DNA of 64,000 bases, taken from Leucoraja erinacea (lineage: Eukaryota). The position numbers and the translations under genes were made by a program. Positions within the stretch are counted from its first letter, which is position 1. Each line of letters starts with the position of its first letter. Below the pieces are notes generated by a model that made no database searches, had not been told where the DNA came from, and worked only from the letters and a program-made list of their open reading frames with translations. Location: the NCBI RefSeq assembly GCF_028641065.1, contig NC_073403.1, forward strand, positions 14,260,001-14,324,000, read 5' to 3'. Positions 35,001 to 47,000 of the stretch are shown here, piece by piece.

Positions 35001-38000
35001 GAGCTTGGACACGAACTATCCCTGCCATCAAATTCACTGATTCTTCTCCAAATGACCCTTTAGTCTTGAAAGCGAGTGCTGTCCACATAATTAGATGAAT
35101 TTATATGTGGAACATAGAGCAGTGCAGTACAGCATGGAAACAAAACAGAATATCTGTACTGAACATGATGCCAATTGAAACTAATTCCTTCTGTCTGTGC
35201 ATGATCTATATCCCTCCATTCCCAGTGCATCAATATGATTTTCTAAAAGTCACTCACATGCTGCTATAATGAATCTTTCTTAAACAACTGCTATAATGAA
35301 TGTTTATATGAGCAGTAATGAGGATATGAGAATGTAGCAAGTGAGGTTAAAAAAATGGTGAATCAAAGAAGGTTATTTAAAATAAATTGGTATTGATTTA
35401 TTATTGTTACGTGTGCTGATATACAATGAAAATGTTTGTTTAATCTGCACGTTCTGTTGCATTTGATTATAATCTGTAAAAGTTGCACAACACAAATCTT
35501 GCCCTACTGAAGTCTAGGGTGCAATGCATCTAATGGAAATTTTGTGCAGGGCTTTGCAGTTGTGGACTTCTGGGTGGCCCTGGTATTTATTGCCAGGATT
35601 GAATTACCAAATCTGCTTAATTTTTAAAAATTTATAAATTAACTTATTGCCATTAAAAGGAAAACTGGAGAACTTTAGGAATGTGAAGACCCTTAGATCC
35701 AAGAAACTTGTCCTTTCATGAGAATCAACCAACTACAATCTTACCAAAACCCTTGGTTCCTTCTTTCTTCAATACCTTTATTCAGTGTATCATCTTCCAT
35801 CATGACCTTGCTCAATACTACATTCTATTAAATGTTTGCCTTTGTTACTCACTGCCTACAAACAGACTCTTTCATCGTTCTTTCTCAGTTGCACCTGTTT
35901 ACATTTTGAATCATTTAATGTTATAGTACAACTTTGTCTTAGATTGCTAAATTTTATCCAAAATTTGAAGAGGATTGGAGCTAGCCTGTTGAGTTGAACA
36001 TTACTGTAAGCCGACCTTACTGGAATTCCCCAGTCAGTGGCATTACTGATGATCTATTTATTTTCTCCCTTAGACAGATGAACGCTCATCGGAAAATATT
36101 GCGCCTCCCCAGAACTGGGACACCATGAACAACTACCCAGCAGACAGTGGTTCCTATGAACTGCTGACTGCAATAGGTAATGTGTGTGGCGTGTGGGTGC
36201 GTGTCTGTGAACATGTGTGCATGTTTATGCAAGAAGGTTTTTCCATTATATCTTTTCAGGCAGAGAGTTAAAAATGTTGATCCGGCATTTTGAAGGAATA
36301 GTGAAACGATAGACTGATGGGATAATGAAAGGTAATAATGGTTCCATACTGTTGATGCTGAAGTCCTTTTGTGGCAGAAGACAGAGGAGAGCAATGCAGT
36401 CAGATTCTGATAACAGGTTTCACCTTGGATTGGAAATAGGTCCTTAGACCTTCCAGAACAGTTAAACGTCGAGTAGTCTCCAACCACCAACAAAATGATA
36501 GAATGGAATTTCCTCAGAGTAAAAATAACCAGGATTGCATTCAACTTCATTGACATCTTTGCACATTGGGTCAGGTCAATTTTTCCTCATGATCCTATAA
36601 TTCCGGAGATTGATGATGATCAAGCAATATTCTCCCTATATTTTATTGTGATACAGTAAATATTTTTACTGAGCTTTCACCATCAAAATTTAACTTCCTT
36701 CTGTTATAAATAGTGCCAGCTGCTTCGGAAATTTTTTTTTGGGGGGGATTTTTTTTGCTTCCATTTTTTTGGGAAAGTTTAAGTAAATAACAGATTTGTT
36801 GTTATTAAATCTCTCACTTCAACACATTGAAGAGATGTTCAGTGTTACAGTGCAATGTGTGGTGAATTTGCCCAATTTTATTAAATAGGGAATTGTTATG
36901 TAAACAAAGCTTTAAAGTGACGATATTTCTCCCATTTTCTTTCCCCATGTCAACATCTGCAAGTGAACACAACTAAAGCATAGGTCAGAATTAAAAGGAG
37001 ATGAGCTTTTTCGGGTATTCTTGCCAGTGAACAGCTTTGTACAAAATGTCTTTCACTATGTTAAAGCACTGTTGGTCTTGAAAGCAAATACCTTAAAGCA
37101 CTTTCCTTAGTGAAGCATTATGGTGGGAATTGACTTAGAAAGGCATTTATGATAACACAATTCCAGAAAAAGCTATTGCAGGAACGTCCCAGTAATTTGT
37201 TTATCATGTTTAAAGGAGAACTCTTAATCCACGCACCAGAAAACAAATCCTACTCAAAGTATTTTCATGCAGTTGATTACAATTACTTATGCAGGCAGGT
37301 AAAGCCAAAGTTTGATTATTTCTAACTTCCTTATAACTGCAATGGAGAATGGGCTAATGTTGTGCAATTAATTAAATTCTGGATGGAGCCATGAATATTT
37401 GATCTTTGGTTTTTTGAGAAACCGATGAACTAACCCAAGGTCAACCAGAGCAAGAAGTATGAGGCAAACATCTGCCAACGGAGTATTTGCAAACAGAATG
37501 AATCCCGTCGTTAAATTGGGTGGATGTAGTTGTGAACCGCAACTATTGAGATGATTCCGCACCGACTCTGCTTTAATTGTGGCATTTTAAAAGAAAAGCT
37601 GTCTTTTTCGCCCAGGTAAAGGGTTTGATGATATCATGACTGTAACCCTGGGGAGGTGTAAACGCACTGGCCATCAGGTAGCTGTTCGGAGAATGAACTT
37701 GGACAACTGCACCAACGAGATGCTTGCTTTATTACAGGTAAGGTCCTGTTAGTTACGGAAAGGTGAATGGCCACATTCTCTTCCCTAAGGTAGTGGAGAC
37801 TAAACTAGTCGTCATAGGGTTAAAGTGAGAGGGGGAAGTTAAAAAAGGAGTTAAAAAAATATCCTTGTCCTTCTTGGTGAATACAGATGCAAAGTACTGG
37901 TTTAGTGCCTTTCCTACATCTTCTGACTCCAAGTCTAAATTGATTCCTTTGTCCTTGATTGGGGACTTCTTCCCAACTCTCAACTTACCTCCATGTTTTT

Positions 38001-41000
38001 AATGTACATGTAAAAAGTTTTGAGATTTTCTTTAATCCGACTTGCCAATAATTTCATGGCCCCTTTTGGTTCTTTATATTCCCTGTGTGGGCTCTTTCCT
38101 GCTGGCTTTATATTCTTCAATAGTTTAGAAAGATTAAATGGGTATTCATATTAACCATCTAATAGTCCCATTGAAATGCTACAGACTAGGCTTTGCAGAG
38201 AAGCACAAGCCCAGAAGAGCAACCAGCAAGCTTTCATTTCTTGCACACCAATAGATCCAAAGGATCTCCAAAACTGCATGAATTCATGCCAAAAAACCCC
38301 ATAAAAATGTGATGTTTGATGCAAATTTGGTGAGAGTTTTGAATTTAGAACATTTTTAATAGTGAGAAATGAAATGCGTTGGAAGCACCTTATATGGATA
38401 TTAGAACTTTAGAAGTAATGATGGTTGTCTATCGTGCCTTCTGTTCAGTATATTATTATAAACCTCTAATTGGCTGTGAATAATGTTTTAACACAAAATT
38501 GTCAAAGAAAGAATAGAATAGCGCATTGAACAGATGCACCGAATAGTGGAGAAAGATGTGTTAAGTACTCCACTAAGTGGATACTTTTACTCTGTTAACT
38601 CATTAGCTGCTAAAGCATGTTATTTGGTAACCTAACTGTTTTCGTACACTAGGGTGAGCTCCACATATCAAAATTGTTTCACCACCCCAATATATTACCA
38701 TACAAAGCCACATTGATCACCAACAATGAGGTGTGGATAGTGACTCCATTCATGGCCTATGGTAAGTTTGGCACATCAGTCATGGAGATTATTGTGGCTT
38801 TGAAACTCGTATTACATTTTCACGTTGTTGAGCTCTTTCCAATCCATTAATTGTGGATTGTGCAATGTTAAAGTTATTGATTGCCATGCTGCTTGCAACG
38901 TTGGGGCCATATGTAACTCTGTGATGAGTTTGCCACCAGGCTGCTTGTTTCTACCTCTGTATCGCCTGACTTTGGCTTGCATCCTGACCATATTCTTATC
39001 TTCTCTCTCCCATTAATCCGAGTACATCCCAAACTCAGCAAGCTGCATGTTCCATTCATTCAACAACTTGTGCTTACACTTGGTTTTGTTTTTCCATACT
39101 TATTTTTAAATCCCTATGGCTTCACCCTCCTACCTGTATAATATCCTCTAAGTGTTCCTATAATATTTGCCCCTTGAACATCCTCAAATTTAGTCGCAAT
39201 CACTGACTGTTGGGTCTTCAGATACCATAATTTCCTCCCTTCATTGTTTGAAATGAAAACCTCCTCTTCAAATTTTTCATCGCATTTGTTAATATTTTCT
39301 GGTGATTCTGTGTCAAAGTTTGCTTGATAATGCTCCTGTTCCCGTATAAACACCAGTTTCTGTCTAGTTCTGACAGATTTCCAAACCTGTCGTTCACAGA
39401 TGCGTTCCATTTTAAATAGATGTTAATTATGTTATGTGGTCTCCTTACCAGGTTCTGCTAAAGATCTGATGAACACCCATTTTACTGATGGTCTGAATGA
39501 GCCCACAATTGCCTACATCCTGCATGGGGTGCTAAAGGCCTTGGTTTATATTCATAGAATGGGATATGTGCACAGGTAATGTACAGCGGCTCAGGCTGCA
39601 AGCAACATTAATTGAGTGAGCCTTGCTTTTGAAAATGTATTTATGTGATTCAGCATTTAAACATACTATTGCACAGCCAGACTTGAATTATATGTAAAAC
39701 TGGTATTGAAAAATACAAAAAAATGAAATAGAGTGAAACTGTTTGTTTCTTGGTGTTTGGTTTTATACTTTCGTCAAATCACCCATACATTTTCTGGGTT
39801 AATAGAAAAAAACTTTTTTTTTTCTTCATAGGTGTATTCATATGTATTTTCTAAGTACCTGACAGTAGCCCAGTCATAGAATCATTCAGTTTGGAAACAG
39901 TCCCTTCGTCCCAACTAGTCCATGGCGACGAAAATGTTCCATCTAAGCTAGTCCCATTTACCAAGGACCCAGTAGATTCTTAAGATTATTTTCTGGTGTA
40001 AGACTGATCACTGGAATTGTTCTTTCCCTTTCTCTCATTTTTCAGTTGATGTTAGTCAGTCGCATTCTGGGGTCAATTTTATTTTTATAATTTATACCTT
40101 TATTAATATCCAGACACCTCTGGCAAGGATGACATTGTAGTGAATTAGTCTCACTGCTGTGTAGAGAGTGCCAGGATTTTTATCAGCAACAATGATATAT
40201 CAGCAATATATTTCTAAGTCAATATGGTATGCGACTTGGAGAACATGCAGTTGGTGATACAGCCATTCACCTTCTGTCCTTGTTCTCCTGGACTGTAGAC
40301 ATTGTAGGTTAAGAAGATGTTAGAATAGCTTAGATGAATTTGTAAATTTAGCATTTTGTGAAGACGTACATTGCACCTGGGAGAATACTGGTGGTGAAGC
40401 TAATAGTCAAGTCACATTTATTTATATAGCACATTTAAAAAACAACTCGTTGGCCAAAGTGCTTTACATTTGATATAAGAATAGTATAAACAAACAAACT
40501 ACATACATATATACAAATAGCCCTCGCTCAGTGGACGTTAGGAAAGGCTTGGGAGTATAGATACGTTTTTAGTCTTGACTTAAAGGAGTCGATGGAGGGG
40601 GCAGTTCTGATGGGAAAGGGGATGCTGTTCCACAGTCTAGGAGCTGCAACCGCAAAGGCGCGGTCGCCCCTAAGCTTATGCCTAGACCGCGGGATATTCA
40701 GCAGCTGTAGTGGTGCATGAGGTACCAATTGAGTGGGCTGCTTTATTCAGCACATTGTTTAATATTATTGGAATTGCACTCATCCAGAGTATTCCAATGC
40801 ACCCCTAATCCATGTTTGTAGAAAGGCAGGATGAGAGTATATTATATTCCCACCTTGTCACTATGTCACCATGGTGTTTGGTCCAGTTGAATCTGTAATC
40901 AATGGTGACTTCCCTCTCCTATCATGACTCCCCAGGATGTTGATGGCAGTAAACTCAGCAATGGGAAGGAGTGATGGTTACACTCGTTGAACACAGTGGT

Positions 41001-44000
41001 ACGAATGATTGTTCGCTGAAACCCGCACTCGTCTTCCTTTGTGGAAAGTATGTCTCTAGCCACTGGAGTGTTTTCTCCCTGATGCAGATATTTGATTCAC
41101 ATTGAATGATATTAGTAATTGGCTGAAGACCAAACTCTGTGCTTGTAACCATCTCCGGAGAAAGCTGAGTTGGGACTGGCTGTATTTGGTTGTAAATGTT
41201 TAAGCTGCCACATAGTGAGGGCAGTGATTGAAGGAAGAGTCTTCTCCTTCAGGCGATGTGTACTCCATATGGACTACAATCCCAATCATGCATCCCTTGA
41301 AACTTTGTGAATAGGGTTTTATACACAGTAGTGCTTTTTCATTTTGTGAATCTTTGGAACTCTAGGGGCAGTAGAAGAAGAATCATGGAATATTTTAAAG
41401 GCAGAAGTAGACACTTGCTTGTTAAGGAGGTGAAACGTTACCACAGATAAAATGGAACTTGTGGCATGGTGCAAGTACTAAATGCGTGTAGGAGGTGACA
41501 ATGAATACTGCAGGGATTCCCTAATACACCATTTGCTGATCTGTAAAGCGCAGAGAAACAATATAAGTTTGCACGTGGCATCTTCGTGTAACGAGATCCC
41601 CAATGTACATTGCACAAAGCAGGGGCACCTGGCAAGGAAAGAAGTGTTTATTGGGCTCAATTCACTAAGTCAAAGGATCAAGCTGTCTCATCATTGAGCC
41701 TGCTTAATGAGTTACACTTCCCTAAACTTTCCACTGTCCTTAGATGCAGTGCACCGAATCCCCCACCGATAAAAGATCAGCCAACAGTGGACCATTGTGG
41801 GCTCCACCTTTCCTTGATCATTGTTATTATTTGCATATCTTTCATTCATTTGTTCTATATCTGTCTATATCACTTTATCTTTATCTCTTGTTTCCTGTTC
41901 CCCTGACTCTCAGTCATAAGGTCATAAGTGATAGGAGCAGAATTAGGCCATTTGGCCCATTTAAGCCCACTCTGCCATTCAATCATGGCTGACCTATCTC
42001 CCCCTCCTAACCCCATTCTCCTGCCTTCTCCTAACCATAACCCCTGACACCCGTACTAATCAAAAATCTATCTCTCTGTCCGAAGCAGTGTCTTGACCTG
42101 AAATGTCACCTATTACTTTTAGCCAGAGAGCTGCCTGACCCACTGAGTTACTCCAGCTTTTGTGTCTATCTTTGGATTAAACCAGCATGTGCAGTTCCTT
42201 CCTACCTGGTTGCCTTGTCTCCGGTTCTTTTTTTCTAGCCTCCTTTAGTTAAATTCCTGCTTTTTAACTCTAATAAATTGCACACCTCTGTTAAATCTCC
42301 CCTCAACCTTCACTGGTGTAAACATTCCAGCCTGCCCAGTCTCTGTATCATCAGCATGGTTAAGTAATCAACTTATTTTGTTCTTTTCAGGAGTGTTCAA
42401 GCAAGTCACATTCTAATATCATCAGAGGGACAGGTTTATTTATCAGGACTACGCAGTATTTTCAGTATGATCAGTCATGGACAACGGCTACGGGTGATCC
42501 ATGACTTCCCAAAATACAGTGTTAAAATATTACCATGGCTGAGCCCTGAGTTGTTGCAGCAGGTAAGCCCGCACCTACATACGCATGCTAATTATGAGAA
42601 GAAGTAAACCTACTCTACCTGGTTTGCCAGGTGAGGAAGGGACTGTGGATCCCCAGCAAGACCAAAAACAAGACCTGTCAAAGGGCGGATGAGCTCCCAG
42701 CGAGCCAACGGTCATCCATACTTCAGAAGAAGTTGTGCTCACTGTCGTACATAGCATTGTAAGGAACGATGAAATCACCATGCCCGTCTGAAACCAGCAC
42801 CACTGCGTCACTAATGTTTTCAACGATGATAAATGAATTAATCTACCACTTATTAGTGTCATGGCTGCTGATTGTAACCTCAACTCTGCTTTCCCATCAC
42901 CCCATAATAATTTTTGAACCCGTTATTTAGTAAACATCTACCCACCACTGCCTATAAAACTTTCAAAGATTCAATTTCCCATGCTCTTTGAGAACGAGTT
43001 CCAAAGTCACTCAATTTTCAGGGGGGAAGAAAAGGCCTCTTCATGTTAAATGTGTAATCCATTTTTTTTTTTAACGGCTCACAGACTTAGATCCTCACTT
43101 GAAGAACTATCATCTCCACATCCAACCTGTCAAAACCCCTCAGGGTCTTGTATGTTTCAATATGTCTTCGCTGTTCTAAACTATAGTAGATGCAAACCTA
43201 GCTTGTCCACTTCTCCCTCATCAGATAACTTACCATTCCAGTCTAGTAATCCTTACTTCAGATAAGATCTCCGCATGCCCTATATAACAAAAGCATAACC
43301 ACCCTACTTTGGATTTGAATTTCCTTTGCAATTATTGATAATATTGTTAGCTAGCCTTTGGTAAATCATTCACTTGGACATCCTGATCATCTTCAGAGAT
43401 CTAAAGTCTTTCACTATTTGGATAATATGCCGTTTTAATTTCACTTACCAAACTGGGATATTTTGCATTTTCCCACATTAAATGCCAGGGGCCTTAATGT
43501 TGAGAGACACTGGGGTGCAAGTACACAACTTGCTGAAAGTGGTGGCATGGGTAGATAGGGTAATGAAGAAGATATAAGATATTCTTGCCTACATAGGCCA
43601 GGGCATTGAGAAGAAGAGTTGGTATGTGATATTGTTGCTTTACAAAACAGTAGTGACTGTATTTGGAGTACTGCGAGTAGTCTGGTCGCCACACTACAGG
43701 GAGGATGTAGTAGAGAGAGAGAGAGAGTGCAGAAGCAAATCACCGTGAGGTTGTCTGGAATGGAGGGCTGTAAGTAGAACTTGGGCAGGTTTATTTCTAC
43801 TAGAACGTAGGTGGCTGACGGGTGACATAGATGTTTATAAAATTATGAGGGGCATAGAGGCAAAGATGGAATCATTTCCCAGGATGGGAGAGTCTAGAGC
43901 TAGAGGTCACAGGTTTAAAGAGAGGGAGGATAAATTCTAAGGCTCTCTGAGGGGAACTTTTTTCTACACGGGGTTGGTAGTAATGTAATGAGATCCCAGA

Positions 44001-47000
44001 GATGATGGTAGAAGCAAAAACAGTTAAAGCCCTGTCCCACGGTATGAATTCATTCCAAGAGCTCTCCCGAGTTTGCCCTGATTCGAACTCGGAGATTTAC
44101 GGTAATGGCCACTCGTCGGTACTCAGGACTCTCGTGGACATTTTTTAACATGTTGAAAAATCTTCACGAGTCTTCCCGTGCTTACCTGCCGTTAGCGAGT
44201 CTTCCTGAGTACCTGCCGTTAGCGCAACGAGCCACTAAGAGACGTCCCCGAGCTCCGACGTACCCGCTACGCTCATTCTTTGTGCTTACCACAAGTTGGA
44301 TTTATTAAAAACTCGGGAGAGCTCTTGGAATGAACTCGTACCGTGGGACAGGGCTTTTAGAATGTTTAAAAGGTATTTGCACAGGTTTGCATTGGATTAG
44401 TATAGTTAGGCATCACAATTAGTATGGAGAAGGTGTACTGAAGGGTTAGTTTCTGAGCTGCACAATTCTATAAGGACATGGGCATTATTGCCAAGGCCAG
44501 CATTATGTTAACAATTCCAAAATGCCCAAATGCTCTGAGCCAAATGTAATGCTGGCTTATGGTGGAAATGTACAACACTGGAGGGCATAGCTATAAGGTG
44601 AGAGGGGAGAAGTTTCAAGGTAGTGGAATATAGAAGCTGAGTAGTCGTCGTGCTATTGTCCAAGGCAGGAGTGTATTATGTACAGTTCTGGTCACCTTAC
44701 TTAAATATGTATTATCGCTGGAGGCAGTTCAGGCAAGGTTCACAAGAATGATCCTGTTTATGGAGTGACTGTCTCAAGAGGAAAGGTTCAATAGATCAAA
44801 TCTGCACTCAATGAGGTTCAAGAGAATGAGAGGCTATCGAAACATGCAAGATTTGTATATGATGGGAGAATGTCTCCTTTTGTGAGATGGTCTAGGACCA
44901 TAGGGTAGAGTCTCATTCAAATTAACGAGATGAAGAATTTCTTCTATGAAAGGTTTGTGTGCCTTTGATATCTCTTGCCGTGGAAAACTAAAGATTCAAT
45001 TTGTGAATGTATTCAAAGCTGAGATGGATAGACTTTTAATCAGTAAAGAAACCGTGGGTTATAGATGTAGATGGGCGAGTGGACGAGGAAAGTTGGATCA
45101 GTCGTGATCATTTTCAATGGTGGAGCTTTCTTGAGGGGCTGTAAAGCCTTCTGGTCGGTTTTGTTATGGTCAGTTTATCGTACTTAGAGCTATCAGGTAG
45201 GCATTTCAAAACTTTGGACTCGGCAAAGGCAGGGTCTGCTCATGTTATTTGTATGTCAAAGATTTGTAAATGAATTAAATGATTTTTTTTCCATCTGGTC
45301 AGAGAAGATAAAGAGGTTCATCTTGTCTGTATTAACGTACCCATGCAACTACTATCCTTAAACACTCGAGAAAGATAGTGTTTATTAATCTCTTGTTTCA
45401 AAGCACAACTCGATTACTGTTGGAAATAATTGTGTCATGTTTGGGTTGAGGAATAAGTGGTGAGAAATTGATAATCTCTAAAATCCTCATTCTTATATAA
45501 AATTGGTGTTTCTTTAATGTAAATGCCATTCAGAAATCTAAGTTTAAGGTTTTTAATAGCATGTCAGTACTGCTGTTTTACAGTGGGTTGGTCACATGTT
45601 AACTGGTCGTCAACCACTTGGGAACTGGGTTCTAGTGCTTTACTAATGTTGTTTGCAGATAGTAACTAAAGTACTTTTACAATTTTGACTTTGTTTTTCT
45701 ACAGAATCTACAGGGTTATGATGCCAAATCTGATATTTACAGCCTGGGAATAACAGCATGTGAGCTGGCTAATGGACATGTCCCCTTCAAAAATATGCCT
45801 GGAACTCAGGTATAGGTGCTGTGGAAAACCTGTCAAAACACAAACTGCACTGCAGGTCTTGCCACCTTGGCTTTGGTTGTCCCGTGATAATTGTAAACCC
45901 TGAATATCTGGCTCTGTAGACGAGGAAAAAGCTGAAGAATCGTTAAATTAACAGATTGAGAACTATTCAAACTATCAGTGTGCACTCCGTTTAATTCAAT
46001 CTTCCCTTTTAATTGAATACAATGAAGCCTGGTATTTTCTGACAGAGGAGTGCTCTTTGCCAGTTAGATACGATAGGACATAATGGGTTGAGTGGATTAA
46101 AAAGCAATGTCCAGAACAAAAAAGCCAATGGTTGCAATTCCATGCGAAGGTCTAAATGATGAACTAAACTTTAATTAGTGGTTTTATATTGCAATTGAAA
46201 CTATAAATAGTGAGACTGCATGAGAACACAACTCGGGGCCTTTAGCAGACTCTCCTCAATGTCCAGCAGGTGGAGCAGTAATCAACACAATCAGAAGGGT
46301 GAAGGTGTACAGGTCCTCCCCAGGTTAAGGACACTGACTTTACAGACCGTGCATACATGCGAGCATTTCCGAGACTGCCAGGACTGCAGGCATCTTCTGC
46401 CGCGTAGGAACTCAGTTTGTGACCGCATTTCCTACTTGTGAACTGTCCAGGTTATGAGCAGTTCACAGGAATGGGACCGTACTGAAACCCAGAGGACACC
46501 TGTATTCAGCAAAATCTGTATAGTATGAGTCAGAGCAGCTTGTGAATAGTGTGGCCAATTAGGCAGTGTAGCACATCACTTTGTCTTTCACAATTATATA
46601 AAATGTACAGAGGAGAGGAATCTAGAAGATGATCAGAACCAGGAGAAATAAATTTAAACTGGTGAAAGGCAAAGTTGTATTAGGATGCTCAGGTTTGTAT
46701 GAAGGTGAATAACTGAAACAAGTGGAGTAAAAGTTGAAACCCAAGAACCTAAATAATTTCCGTAATTAAAAGCTATACCAAGGGGAATTTTCTATTTCAT
46801 CTGGATGAATAAACTGGTGTGTTCAATGACTTGTTTACCTGTAATCTTGTAATCTGTAATCTTGTAATCTGTAATCTTGTGATGCTCCACATGTTAACAA
46901 TTAGAAGATAACAATATTAAGGTAATTTAGTTTTTCCAAACCAATAAATTGAAGGGATAAAATACATGCTGCAACAAATGTTAGTGAAACCAGGGATAAG

